A stretch of DNA of 54,560 bases, from assembly GCA_038321985.1 (NCBI GenBank), contig JBBQFN010000036.1:1-54560 (forward strand), read 5' to 3'. How positions within the stretch are numbered: position 1 is the first letter of the stretch; each line of letters begins with the position of its first letter. Below are positions 1 to 9,975 of the stretch, one piece after another. The notes under the pieces are model-generated. The model made no database searches and was not told where the DNA came from. It saw nothing but the letters and a program-made list of their open reading frames with translations. Made by a program: the position numbers and the translations under genes. The DNA comes from Cyanophyceae cyanobacterium. Lineage in GTDB: Bacteria > Cyanobacteriota > Cyanobacteriia > Cyanobacteriales > Laspinemataceae.

Positions 1-12
1 AGAACAAGACAC

Positions 13-400
13 GGGGCCGTACTGGTTTCGATAGTGGAGTGAAAGCTGCTCCGTGATTCAGGCCGAGAGTGAGTTGTCTCTCGTCAATCCCCAACTCCAA
101 AAAAAAGTAAATGCGAACAACATCGTTCCTTTCGCTCGTAAAGCGGCCACTGTTGCTGCCTAAAAACCTCTAGCAGGTTTGAGCGGTCTATAGCTTGACT
201 CCGTTAAAGGCTACAGACAAACCCTCAACGGATGCTCTAGTAAGGTTTCTCTGGTTACTTGCTAGTTAAGACTCAACCTGAGTATCCTGTCATCCGGGAT
301 AATGGATGGTCCCCGCCCAAAGGGTTAAATGGGCTACGCCTGTGAATGAGCGATAGGTGAATACCTCTGCTACACAGCAGTTCGATTCTGCTCGGCTCCA
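13..400 (+). ncRNA. ssrA: tmRNA (transfer-messenger RNA)
   Basis: 5' GGGGCCG pairs with 3' CGGCTCC-A, including the G3.U70 Ala identity pair. T-arm is AGCAG-TTCGATT-CTGCT. Tag frame at 113-163 encodes ANNIVPFARKAATVAA*, a cyanobacterial-type tag. Confidence 0.97.
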
Positions 401-409
401 TAATTATCA

Positions 410-459
410 AAAAAATCAACCTATCCAATACAATTATGTAAAGGATGGGTTGATTTTTT
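410..459 (+). terminator. Intrinsic terminator of ssrA
   Basis: Inverted repeat AAAAAATCAACCTATCC (410-426) / GGATGGGTTGATTTTTT (443-459) directly after the tmRNA 3' end. Confidence 0.8.
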
Positions 460-1473
460 ATGAGATCTAAAACAGCGATTGTTATGTGTGAAAACCCTCA
501 CTGTGGAAAGGAATTTACCAAGCCTTTAGCGGAGTTTAAACGCAGTGAAAAGCTGGGTAGACAGCATTTTTGCTGCTTAAGCTGCTATGGACAATGTAAA
601 GGGGTTGCACAACTGGAGGGAAAAAGAACGACAGCACATTTAAAAAAAGGAACAGAAAAAGACGAATTTTCTCCGTTTCGTCATCCTTTAAAAATTATTA
701 GAAAATCGGTTAAGCAGCGCAAGATAGAGGCTTCGGTTACTTTACAAGACGTCAAGCTGATTTGGGACCAACAAGGCGGAATTTGCCCCTATACGGGATG
801 GGATTTGGTGCTGTTCCCTTGCACAACAGACTACCAATCCCTTCCTTTAACGACAAATCGTGCGAGTGTAGACCGGATTGATTCCTCGAAAGGTTACAGT
901 CTGGATAATATTCAATTTGTAGCTGTCATGGCTAATTTTGCTAAAAATCTCTTTACCGAAACTCAGCTTTTAGAGTTTTGTCAGGCCGTTTATCAAAATT
1001 ATCACAGTCAAGGGGGGAGTATCGAAAACATTCCCGGGGGAAAAGATAGGGAATTAGAATTCCTCGCTCAATTGAATGCTGTTATGTTTGAGTCTCCAAG
1101 GGTCAGTAAGCGAATTGACAGCTATTCTCCGTTTCGGCAGCATTTGAATTTAGCTCAAAATCATGCTCGGATGAAGGGACGGGAATGCAGTCTGACTTTG
1201 GAAGATTTGAAGCAACTGTGGGAAAGGCAGGGGGGACGATGTGTTTATACGGGATGGGAATTAGAGAATCCTCCGACTACGAATGGGTGGTTAAGGTGCG
1301 ATCGCCATCCCCGAAGGGCAAGTTTAGACCGAACTGATTCAACTCAGGGATATCGGTTGGGAAATGTCCAGTTTGTTGCGGTGATGGCAAATTATGCAAA
1401 ACGGGATTTTCCCGAAGAAAAATTGCTAGAATTTTGTACCGCTGTGGTAAAATATCATCGGCAAGAGCGATAA
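460..1473 (+). CDS. Zn-finger protein with two tandem HNH-like (His-Me finger, SxDRID..GY...N type) domains; putative endonuclease
   Basis: N-terminal CENPHC...FCCLSC, followed by two homologous ~115 aa domains: SPFR...W..QGG.C.YTGW.L...RAS(V/L)DR(I/T)DS..GY.L.N.QFVAVMAN.AK...LLEFC.AV. Confidence 0.7.
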   Translation: MRSKTAIVMCENPHCGKEFTKPLAEFKRSEKLGRQHFCCLSCYGQCKGVAQLEGKRTTAHLKKGTEKDEFSPFRHPLKIIRKSVKQRKIEASVTLQDVKLIWDQQGGICPYTGWDLVLFPCTTDYQSLPLTTNRASVDRIDSSKGYSLDNIQFVAVMANFAKNLFTETQLLEFCQAVYQNYHSQGGSIENIPGGKDRELEFLAQLNAVMFESPRVSKRIDSYSPFRQHLNLAQNHARMKGRECSLTLEDLKQLWERQGGRCVYTGWELENPPTTNGWLRCDRHPRRASLDRTDSTQGYRLGNVQFVAVMANYAKRDFPEEKLLEFCTAVVKYHRQER

Positions 1474-1607
1474 AAAAAGGCGATCGCAGCTTGATTAACG
1501 GCATTCAAGTAACATCCCTATCCCCGGCTTTTTATCCTTTTTCCATAGAAAAAGGGAGAAAATTACCCTCTGGATAACCCTCTCCCTTGAGCAAGTTTTG
1601 GATTCAT

Positions 1608-2090
1608 CTACAAAAGACCTTCTTGCGGTTTGAGCCACTTGTTTAAAGTGGTATGGATGGTTTGTCCGATTTGTTGCTTCAAGCGCCAAGCGGTAAATGC
1701 CTTGTCGTACTCTTCTCCATTCAGTTGGTAGGTTTTCCATCCTTTCAAGGCCAGGAACAATCCCCACAAAAAGAGAATCGGCAAACTCCAGGTCAGGGTG
1801 TGAGCAGTCAGCAGATTCAATACCACCAAAAATGAGTTAGCAATGCCATAACGGACGAGATTATTTTTTAACTTGGTGTAGCGGCAAAGGTCGAAGGCAC
1901 GACGTTCTTTAAACTGGCCCTGATTAACCAGCCACTCTTGTTCGGCCTGAACAATATCACCCGGAGGAATTCCGAGTTCTTTGGCTATTTCTACCAGTTG
2001 AACGCGGGAAAATTCTTCGGAGTCAGTTTGGCGGGCGATCGCCAAGTGCAGGATTTCCTGAACAGCGTCTGGGGTGTAATACTCACGCAT
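1608..2090 (-). CDS. 2TM domain-containing membrane protein (conserved cyanobacterial)
   Basis: 160 aa. N-terminal VQEILHLAIARQ...LVEIAKELGI and two hydrophobic helices. Confidence 0.75.
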   Translation of the reverse strand: MREYYTPDAVQEILHLAIARQTDSEEFSRVQLVEIAKELGIPPGDIVQAEQEWLVNQGQFKERRAFDLCRYTKLKNNLVRYGIANSFLVVLNLLTAHTLTWSLPILFLWGLFLALKGWKTYQLNGEEYDKAFTAWRLKQQIGQTIHTTLNKWLKPQEGLL

Positions 2091-2541
2091 TGTGGTTAAC
2101 TTCTATATTAGGAATGGGAGCCGAGATTTCTGAAAACTCTTTTTCTTCTTATTGTAACGAAATTCAACAAGGAACCGGCAAGGTCAGAGTACGGATGACT
2201 CCCCCCGGTAACTGGGGATCAAGGCGATCGCACTGCGGTCATTGTCTTTTCCTAGAACGGAAACTGTCCCCTAGGCGATCGCTTGAACCCATACGGAAAT
2301 CCACCCGCGATCGCTGCATAAGCACTTAGAATAAAAAAATCTAATTTAAAATTTTTATTTCGAGTTGCTAATTGCTAACAATAAATAAGCATTCAGTAGA
2401 GCCTCCCTTATTTCTCGGTAAGACTGACAGAAACTGCTTGACCCTCCTCCACTATATTCGACAATCCTAAATTTAAAAAACGATTGAACCCGGTCCTCAC
2501 CCATACCCCTGTCTGAACCCTGTCACCCTGCCACTCCTTCC

Positions 2542-4749
2542 ATGTCAATCAATCCTTCGCTGATGTATTCCTCCGCCCTTGATCGGGCAATTGACCCGAA
2601 CCCACCGATCGTTTCCCCCGAGACATCCCTCGAAGAAGTCCTTGCCTTAATGAGTCAAGTTAGAAGTAGCTGTCCGTTACCTGATCCTGATGACTCAGTA
2701 CAAACGAATATCCTGCATTCCGTCAGAGCAAGTTGTGTGTTAGTCCTAGAAGGATCACCGGCAGTTTCCGAACAACTCAATACGATTCGAGAAACAGGAA
2801 AACTCCCCGATCGCAGCGCCCAAATTCTGGCTAGCAAGGTGGGAATTTTTACCGAACGGGATATCGTCAAAATGACCGCTGCCGGGATTAATTTAAAAAG
2901 TGTCAAAGTTGCCGATGTCATGACAGCACCGGTGATTACCCTCACCGAATCCCAATCCCATGATATTTTCACAATCTTGTCTGTATTCAGACAGCATCAA
3001 ATTCGCCACCTCCCCCTCATTGATCATCGCGGGTACATTTTGGGAATTCTCACCCCAGAAACTATTCGCCAAGCCCTGCAACCTGTCCGTCTTTTAACCC
3101 AGTTACGAGAGGTTAAAGATGTGATGAGTCCCACAGTTATTCAAGCACCTGTGAATGCTTCTGTACTTGAATTGGCTAAATTAATGGCCGATCGCCGCGT
3201 GAGTTGTGTGGTTATTTGTAAAGACTCTCCCGAGACTGATACAACCCCTCCCCCGGCCAAAATTCCCGTTGGAATTGTCACAGAACGGGATTTAGTCCAA
3301 TTTCAAGCCTTACAGTTGGACTTAGGGAAAATGCAGGCCAAAGATGTCATGAGTTCGCCTTTATTTTCCTTGAATCCAGAGGATTCAGTCTGGTTTGCCC
3401 ATGAAGAAATGCAACGCAGGCGGGTGCGTCGGTTAGTGGTGGCGAGTGCTGAAGGATATCTCCTGGGGCTTGTGTCTCAAACCAGTTTGTTTCATGCTTT
3501 ACATCCCACAGAAATGTATGGTGCGATCGAAACTTTACAGGAAGTGGTGGAAAATCGCACCAAAGAATTAAAAGAAACTAATGAACAATTGCAGAGGGAA
3601 ATAGAGGAGCGCAAACGGGCAGAAATAGCCCTCCAAAAATCTTATGATAATTTGCAAAAATTGGTAGAAGAACGCACAGCAGAACTTCAAGCTACTAATG
3701 CTAAACTGCAAGAAGATATCCGCGATCGCCAGCGAGTTGAGGCAGCCTTGCGAGGGTCAGAAGCCCAGTTTCGGCAACAAGCTCAAGAACTAGAAGCCGC
3801 CCTCCTGTCCCTGCAACAAACCCAATTCCAACTGATTCAAGCCGAGAAAATGTCCAGTCTTGGGCAATTAGTGGCCGGGGTTGCCCATGAAATTAATAAC
3901 CCCGTTAATTTTATTTATGGGAACCTTTCCCATGCCACTCAATACATTAAAGATTTATTAGAATTAATTGATTTATATCGGATTCATTTTAATCAAAAGG
4001 TTCCTGAAATTGAGGATAAAATTGAAGATATTGATTTAGAATTTTTGGTAAGTGACCTTCCTAAAATGATTGATTCCATGCAAATCGGGGCTGATCGCAT
4101 CCGGTCGATTGTGCTATCTTTACGCAATTTTTCCCGTCTCGATGAAGCGGATAGGAAGCGAGTTGATATTCACGAAGGACTAGATAGTACCTTATTGATT
4201 TTACAACATCGACTCAAAAGCAATCCGAGACGGGGAGAAATTTTAATCCTAAAAGACTACGGAAATTTGCCTAAAGTGGATTGTTATGTGGGTCCATTGA
4301 ACCAAGTTTTTATGAATATTATTACCAATGCGATCGATGCTCTGGATATGGGACTGGGGAACGGCGAACGATATGATAGCAAAGCCGCTGCCCGATCGCC
4401 CTTGTCCTCAATCCCCGGCACATCTCCCGCTATTCGGATTCGCACCCAACTTGACGAGAGCGATCGCATTACTATCTCCATTGCCGATAATGGTCCCGGA
4501 ATGACCGAAACCGTCTGTCGTCGCTTATTTGAGCCCTTTTTTACCACAAAGCCTGTGGGTAGTGCCACGGGGTTAGGATTGTCGATTAGCTATCAAATTA
4601 TAGTCGAAAAACATAAAGGAAAATTACACTGCTTTTCAACTCCTGGACAGGGTGCGGAATTTATAATTGAGATTCCCCCCTCTCAGCCGAATTACCAACC
4701 GCCCCTGTTTGATGTAGCCACGCAGAACACCCAACCGCAAGGTTCCTAA
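2542..4749 (+). CDS. CBS-domain sensor histidine kinase
   Basis: Repeated CBS motifs (GIFTERDIV, GIVTERDLV, DVMS), coiled coil, H-box VAHEINNP, N-box NQVFMNIITNAIDA, DNGPG, FEPFFTTKP. Confidence 0.92.
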   Translation: MSINPSLMYSSALDRAIDPNPPIVSPETSLEEVLALMSQVRSSCPLPDPDDSVQTNILHSVRASCVLVLEGSPAVSEQLNTIRETGKLPDRSAQILASKVGIFTERDIVKMTAAGINLKSVKVADVMTAPVITLTESQSHDIFTILSVFRQHQIRHLPLIDHRGYILGILTPETIRQALQPVRLLTQLREVKDVMSPTVIQAPVNASVLELAKLMADRRVSCVVICKDSPETDTTPPPAKIPVGIVTERDLVQFQALQLDLGKMQAKDVMSSPLFSLNPEDSVWFAHEEMQRRRVRRLVVASAEGYLLGLVSQTSLFHALHPTEMYGAIETLQEVVENRTKELKETNEQLQREIEERKRAEIALQKSYDNLQKLVEERTAELQATNAKLQEDIRDRQRVEAALRGSEAQFRQQAQELEAALLSLQQTQFQLIQAEKMSSLGQLVAGVAHEINNPVNFIYGNLSHATQYIKDLLELIDLYRIHFNQKVPEIEDKIEDIDLEFLVSDLPKMIDSMQIGADRIRSIVLSLRNFSRLDEADRKRVDIHEGLDSTLLILQHRLKSNPRRGEILILKDYGNLPKVDCYVGPLNQVFMNIITNAIDALDMGLGNGERYDSKAAARSPLSSIPGTSPAIRIRTQLDESDRITISIADNGPGMTETVCRRLFEPFFTTKPVGSATGLGLSISYQIIVEKHKGKLHCFSTPGQGAEFIIEIPPSQPNYQPPLFDVATQNTQPQGS

Positions 4750-5060
4750 ATGCGATCGCTTCACCGATCGAGTTTCCCCGTAATCGCTTGGTGACTCAAT
4801 GACAAACCATGATATAATTTTGAGTCTTTGTTTTTTTTGAAGCGAATCTGACTGAATCAGTCCATCGCCCTAGATCTTAAATCATTTTAATCCTTGAAAC
4901 AGCAATGATAGGATATAAAACTTATTAGAAAATGCCTTAACTTCACCGTTCAAGGCAGGTATTCAATCGGGAATTTGGGAAGTGGGGCGACTGCCTCCCC
5001 TCCCAAACCCATGCCAGGATAGAGTAACCAAAACTAACGAGCCAAAACAGGGGAACATTC

Positions 5061-6344
5061 GTGCTAGATATCAAGCAAATCCGGGAAAATCCACAAGTAA
5101 TTCAGGAACGCCTTAACCGGCGAGGTGAAGGTTATGATTTACAGCCCATATTAGAGTTAGACCGCAAAGGGCGAGAATTGGAGACTCAGCGATCGCAAAT
5201 TCAAGCCCGGAGTAACGAAATTGGGAAGCTGATCGGCCAACAAATGAAATCCGGCAGCAAACCCGATGAATCCTCTATTCAAACCTTAAAAGAAGAAGGC
5301 AACCAACTCAAAACCCAACTCAGCGAACTCGAACCCACCGAAAGAGAACTCAAAGCCGAACTCGACAGCCTGCTATTAAACCTCCCGAACTTACCCAGCG
5401 AATCAACCCCGATCGGTAAAAGCGAAACCGAAAACGTAGAAGTGCGGCGCTGGGGTGACGAATACTTGCCGAAACATGAGCAAATTCGCCCCCATTGGGA
5501 AATTGGGGAACAGATGGGGATTATTGACTTTGAGCGCGGGGTGAAAATTGCCCAAAGTCGATTTATCAGTCTAATCGGTGCCGGTGCCGCCTTAGAACGG
5601 GCATTAATCAGCTTCATGCTCGATCGCCACATTCGCCACGGTTATGTAGAAGTCATGCCGCCAGTTTTAATTAATAGCGCCTCCCTGCGCGGGACTGGAC
5701 AACTGCCGAAATTTTCGGAAGAGAGCTTTCAATGTAGTGATGATGACCTCTGGCTAGCCCCCACCGCCGAAGTGCCAGTCACTAATCTCTATCGGGATGA
5801 TATTCTCGCACCGGAGAATTTACCCATTTATCACTGTGCCTATACCCCTTGTTTTCGACGGGAAGCCGGGGCTTATGGTAAAGATACCCGAGGACTGATT
5901 CGGCTGCATCAATTTAATAAAGTTGAACTGGTAAAAATCGTGGACCCTGAGACTTCCGAGGACGAACATCAAGCCCTGGTGAAGGATGCCGAAGCCATTC
6001 TGCAAGGCTTGCAACTGCCATATCGGGTGTTAGAACTCTGTACCGGAGACCTGGGCTTTGGGGCGCAAAAGTGCTACGACTTAGAAGTTTGGCTACCCTC
6101 TTCGGGCAAGTATCGAGAAATTTCTAGCTGTTCTAATTGTGGAGATTTCCAAGCTAGACGCGCCGCAATTCGGTTTAAACAAGCCGGGAAAAAGGGGACT
6201 CAATTTGTCCATACCCTGAATGGGTCCGGGTTAGCTGTGGGGCGAACAATGGCAGCGATTTTGGAGAACTATCAAGATCCAGACGGTACGGTTCGGATCC
6301 CCGAAGTGCTGCAACCCTATCTCGGGGGCAAAACCGTCTTGTAA
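5061..6344 (+). CDS. serS: Serine--tRNA ligase
   Basis: [10 protein letters not shown] start (GTG), [50 protein letters not shown]. Confidence 0.98.
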   Translation: MLDIKQIRENPQVIQERLNRRGEGYDLQPILELDRKGRELETQRSQIQARSNEIGKLIGQQMKSGSKPDESSIQTLKEEGNQLKTQLSELEPTERELKAELDSLLLNLPNLPSESTPIGKSETENVEVRRWGDEYLPKHEQIRPHWEIGEQMGIIDFERGVKIAQSRFISLIGAGAALERALISFMLDRHIRHGYVEVMPPVLINSASLRGTGQLPKFSEESFQCSDDDLWLAPTAEVPVTNLYRDDILAPENLPIYHCAYTPCFRREAGAYGKDTRGLIRLHQFNKVELVKIVDPETSEDEHQALVKDAEAILQGLQLPYRVLELCTGDLGFGAQKCYDLEVWLPSSGKYREISSCSNCGDFQARRAAIRFKQAGKKGTQFVHTLNGSGLAVGRTMAAILENYQDPDGTVRIPEVLQPYLGGKTVL

Positions 6345-6435
6345 GGAGATGGGGAGATGGGGACAGACAATTGGACCCTCGGGCATCAGGGGCGATCGGC
6401 AGAAACCGACGGGGCAACCTAAAATAGCAGTAATG

Positions 6436-6515
6436 TCAGGACTTACTCATCCTATCTAGATTGAGTAGGGTAGGGGGGGCAATGCTCCCCCTACTTATGG
6501 ACTGCGTAAGTCCGA
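6436..6515. repeat. Small dispersed repeat / MITE-like element with terminal inverted repeats
   Basis: TCAGGACTTACTCA ... TGCGTAAGTCCGA termini around an internal hairpin (GTAGGGGGGGCA/TGCTCCCCCTAC). Resembles the common cyanobacterial GGACTTACGCA-type dispersed repeat. Confidence 0.6.
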
Positions 6516-6581
6516 TAAGTCAGTCAAGACTGGCTCATTGAGCCAGTTTGTCGTAGTAACGGAGTTTAACTGGGGTTTGTA

Positions 6582-7670
6582 ATGTCAGTATTGGCAGCGA
6601 TCGCGGTTCTGGCGATGCTTATTTTCGTCCACGAACTGGGACACTTCTTGGCGGCCCGATTACAGGGCATTCACGTTAATCGATTCTCTATTGGATTTGG
6701 GCCAATTTTATGGAAATACCAAGGCCCAGAAACTGAGTATGCCTTACGGGGGATTCCCTTGGGGGGGTATGTCGGGTTTCCCGATGACGATCCCGAGAGC
6801 GAAATTCCTCTCGATGACCCGAATCTGCTCCGCAATCGTCCGATCTTGGATCGGGCGATCGTGATTAGTGCCGGTGTCATTGCGAACTTAATCTTTGCCT
6901 ATCTGCTGTTGGTGGGACAAGTGGCGACGGTAGGGGTGCAAGACTTCGACTATCAACCAGGGGTGAAAATCGCCCAAGTTATGTCTGAAGACAGTTCCGC
7001 TTATCGTTCCGGGATTTTGGGAGACGATATTATTCTCCAAGTGGATGGTCAGGAATTAGACGCTTCTGGGCAAGCAGTTCGGTCCCTGATGGAGATTATC
7101 CAAACCCATCCGGAGCAAGTTCTCGAACTTCAGGTTCAGCGTCAGAGTGAAACCTTTATGGTGCCGATTGTCCCGGAACTCGACGAAAACGGGAAAGGGA
7201 TTATTGGGGTGCAACTGGCTCCTCACGGGACCCTGATTCGTCGCCGTGCCGAGAGCATCCCGGCAGCGTTTAGCGAAGGTGCCGCTGAGTTTGAACGGAT
7301 TACGGTCTTAACGGTGCAAGGATTAGGGAAGTTAGTTAGTAATTTCGGAGAAACAGCGGAGCAACTGTCGGGTCCGGTGGCGATTGTGGCGATCGGTGCC
7401 AATATCGCTAAGTCCGATGCGGGAAATCTATTCCGATTTGCGGCGTTAATTAGCATTAACTTGGCGATTATTAACATTTTGCCACTTCCGGCCTTGGATG
7501 GCGGTCAGTTGGCATTTTTGTTAATTGAAGGAGTGCGCGGTAAACCATTGCCGACTCATATTCAAGATGGGGTAATGCAAACCGGATTAATGTTGCTGTT
7601 GGGTTTGGGGATTTTCCTAATTGTTCGCGATACGGCCAACTTGGATTGGGTTCAACAGTTATTTCAATAA
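6582..7670 (+). CDS. rseP: RIP metalloprotease RseP (M50 family, PDZ)
   Basis: HELGH, FSIGFGP, PLGGYV, PDZ segment, NILPLPALDGG. Confidence 0.96.
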   Translation: MSVLAAIAVLAMLIFVHELGHFLAARLQGIHVNRFSIGFGPILWKYQGPETEYALRGIPLGGYVGFPDDDPESEIPLDDPNLLRNRPILDRAIVISAGVIANLIFAYLLLVGQVATVGVQDFDYQPGVKIAQVMSEDSSAYRSGILGDDIILQVDGQELDASGQAVRSLMEIIQTHPEQVLELQVQRQSETFMVPIVPELDENGKGIIGVQLAPHGTLIRRRAESIPAAFSEGAAEFERITVLTVQGLGKLVSNFGETAEQLSGPVAIVAIGANIAKSDAGNLFRFAALISINLAIINILPLPALDGGQLAFLLIEGVRGKPLPTHIQDGVMQTGLMLLLGLGIFLIVRDTANLDWVQQLFQ

Positions 7671-7733
7671 AATGAATGAAGGATGAACGGCAATGATGGC
7701 GTTCATCCTTCATTTTTAGGCGATTTTTTGACT

Positions 7734-8411
7734 ATGAATATTACTCGGAAATGGGCGGCGACGAAGCAACGGGCGATCGAGATTTTAATTCGGCTAAAGC
7801 GATTGTATCCAGAGGCAGACTGTACGCTGAATTATGAGACGCCAGTACAGTTATTGGTAGCAACCATTCTCTCGGCGCAATGTACGGATGAACGGGTAAA
7901 TCAGGTGACTCCGGAGTTGTTTAGACGGTTTCCCGATGCCAAGGCGATCGCCTCAGCGGATAGAGAGGAGTTGGAACAGTTAATTCGTTCGACAGGGTTT
8001 TATCGGAATAAAGCTAAAAATATTCAAGGGGCTTGTCAGGCGATCGCTGAAAAACATGATGATCAAGTCCCCAAGCGAATGGAATTGCTCGTCGAGTTGC
8101 CTGGAGTTGCCCGAAAAACGGCTAATGTAGTCCTGGCAAATGCCTACGGAATTAATCAAGGCGTCACGGTGGATACCCATGTCAAGCGCTTATCTCATCG
8201 GTTAGGTTTGACCGAAAATACCGACCCGGTTAAGGTGGAACGGGATTTAATTCGGCTACTTCCCCAGGAAGATTGGGAAAATTGGTCAATTCGCCTGATT
8301 TATCATGGACGGGCAGTTTGTACCGCGCGGAATCCCGCCTGCGATCGCTGTGCCTTAGCGGATTTATGTCCAGCAGCCAATATAACTCTTCTTCCTAAAA
8401 CAGTGGTGTAG
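7734..8411 (+). CDS. nth: Endonuclease III
   Basis: LSAQCTDERVN, HhH LPGVARKTANVV, VDTHV, FeS motif C-x6-C-x2-C-x5-C. Start placed at ATG 7734 rather than 7683, which sits in a hairpin. Confidence 0.96.
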   Translation: MNITRKWAATKQRAIEILIRLKRLYPEADCTLNYETPVQLLVATILSAQCTDERVNQVTPELFRRFPDAKAIASADREELEQLIRSTGFYRNKAKNIQGACQAIAEKHDDQVPKRMELLVELPGVARKTANVVLANAYGINQGVTVDTHVKRLSHRLGLTENTDPVKVERDLIRLLPQEDWENWSIRLIYHGRAVCTARNPACDRCALADLCPAANITLLPKTVV

Positions 8412-8476
8412 TTTTATTTCGTACTGAGACTCACTGATTCGTGATTGTTTCCTTATTGTTATTAAGAAAACCCAGA

Positions 8477-8551
8477 AAAGACCGCTAGTTATCACCCCGA
8501 ACCAGAAACTTTAAATTTTCTTAGTTTGGTGTGATGACTGTCGGTTTTTTT
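8477..8551. terminator. Long imperfect hairpin downstream of nth (likely terminator)
   Basis: AAAAGACCGCTAGTTATCACC ... GGTGTGATGACTGTCGGTTTTTT. Confidence 0.5.
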
Positions 8552-8648
8552 GATTAAAATCTATTATTGTTCGCCGTAGCAAAATCTTATATATCAGTTT
8601 CCCGACTCAGGAAGCACAGATATTTATAGACAGGGTGTAAAGCCTGAA

Positions 8649-8678
8649 CCCAGGCTACGCTGTGCGGCGTAGCCTGGG
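8649..8678. repeat. REP-like GC-rich palindrome
   Basis: ACCCAGGCTACGC-TGTGCG-GCGTAGCCTGGGT. Confidence 0.55.
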
Positions 8679-8796
8679 TGTTAGCGCAAAAATATCTTGC
8701 CGTCCCCGAAATGTACCCCATACCTGTAGAAAATACTATAGTTTTTATCACTCCAAGCCTGGAAAATTTTATATAAATTTCAAAAAAATTAACCCC

Positions 8797-9156
8797 TTAT
8801 TTTTTCAATTTATTAGCTTGATAAATAGTGCCATCAGGCATGATTGCCCCGGTTAAATCGGCGTTAGTTAAATCCGCATCGGTTAAATCTGCGCCGTCTA
8901 AATTCGCCCCTCTTAAGTCGGCTTCACAAAGATTTGATTTTGATAAATTTGCTCCGCGCAAATTTGCTCCGGCTAAATTAGTCCGAATTAAATTAGCCCC
9001 TTTTAAGTTAGCTCCCGAAAAGTTAACCCCTTTGAGAATGGCCTTAGAAAAATTTGAGTTGTATTCTTTAGGTTTAAGATTTTCTAATGAATTAAATAAA
9101 TGTTCAACAGGCGTTGAAGTCAAATTTTCTTCAGTTGGGCTTTCAGTAGTTTTCAT
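8797..9156 (-). CDS. Pentapeptide repeat protein
   Basis: A(N/D)LxG pentapeptide repeats ending in GAIMPDG. Confidence 0.9.
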   Translation of the reverse strand: MKTTESPTEENLTSTPVEHLFNSLENLKPKEYNSNFSKAILKGVNFSGANLKGANLIRTNLAGANLRGANLSKSNLCEADLRGANLDGADLTDADLTNADLTGAIMPDGTIYQANKLKK

Positions 9157-9318
9157 AACTTTTATTAATTAAACTGAAGTCGTGATTCAAAATAATTTTA
9201 CCTTGGATTAGGGAGACTCAGCGGACCCAGGCTGGTACTCTGGTCAAGCTGGGGCCTTGAAGGGGGTTCGCTGCCGCCCTCGGGTTTGTGGAGGGGTCGC
9301 CTCTGATTCCAGAAGCGG

Positions 9319-9684
9319 TTACGCGGACTGTGGCCCTAGAAAGGGTTCACTCCGGGTAGGAGACAGAATAGGGTGATGTGGATTCCCAACTGACCCAACT
9401 GGATCCCATGGCTGGAAAAAATCTCGGCTTTGCTGAAGCGGATCCGTAACGGCAGAATCTGAAAAAGAGTGTTCAGGCTGGGGGTAAGGAACCTTGACAA
9501 CCCGCAAAAGCCTTTTGGGGACTGGCCGATCGCAGAAAGAGTGACTGGGTTCAGGGTAGGGAACTTCCACCATTTGCCGGAGTCTCCAGGTGGATCCCTG
9601 GAACATTACGGGCTTTTCATCGTCGGCGATTTCCACAGGAGCAGCAAGAAATTTTTCAAGAATTTGGAAATTATATAAATACAT
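9319..9684 (-). CDS. Hypothetical protein with an internal 24-aa duplication
   Basis: RLRQMVEVPYPEPSHSFCD versus RLLRVVKVPYPQPEHSFSD. The DNA copies differ at synonymous positions, consistent with coding. Confidence 0.55.
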   Translation of the reverse strand: MYLYNFQILEKFLAAPVEIADDEKPVMFQGSTWRLRQMVEVPYPEPSHSFCDRPVPKRLLRVVKVPYPQPEHSFSDSAVTDPLQQSRDFFQPWDPVGSVGNPHHPILSPTRSEPFLGPQSA

Positions 9685-9975
9685 CTTGCTACTCTTCTCC
9701 GATTGGAGTTACAGTGGGTATGGGTACATTAGAATAGTGGTTTTGCGGTTTGGGGCACATTTTGTGTCCCAACCTTTTCTTTTGTAGGGGCCCTAGGGGT
9801 TAAAAGTAGAGGATCCATAGATTTAGCCCTGAAGATTGTAGAGATTTTGCTTTTATCGTTAAGTTCCCTTGGCAGAGTCCCTAGAAGGGACTTGCTCGAA
9901 GAGGTGCTTTTCCCAGGTCATTGGAAAAAGAGCGGGGGTCCGAGGGGGTCGGGTGGGTACTAGAACTTGGGGAAT

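Noticed and set aside
376..1607. Genomic island or prophage integrated at the tmRNA 3' end
   Set aside because: No integrase and no second copy of the ssrA 3' end were found by eye, and ordinary chromosomal genes resume at 1608.
4549..4581. Inactive kinase because the G2 box reads GSATGLGL
   Set aside because: This is a single G-to-A deviation with the H, N, G1 and F boxes intact, which is not enough to call a pseudokinase.
7683..7733. 17-aa N-terminal extension of Nth
   Set aside because: The upstream ATG lies inside an inverted repeat (ATGAAGGATGAACG/CGTTCATCCTTCAT), so ATG 7734 fits better.
8828..9172. Plus-strand repetitive ORF, and the many other short ORFs overlapping long genes
   Set aside because: These are antisense or alternate-frame shadows of well-supported genes, with no independent motifs.
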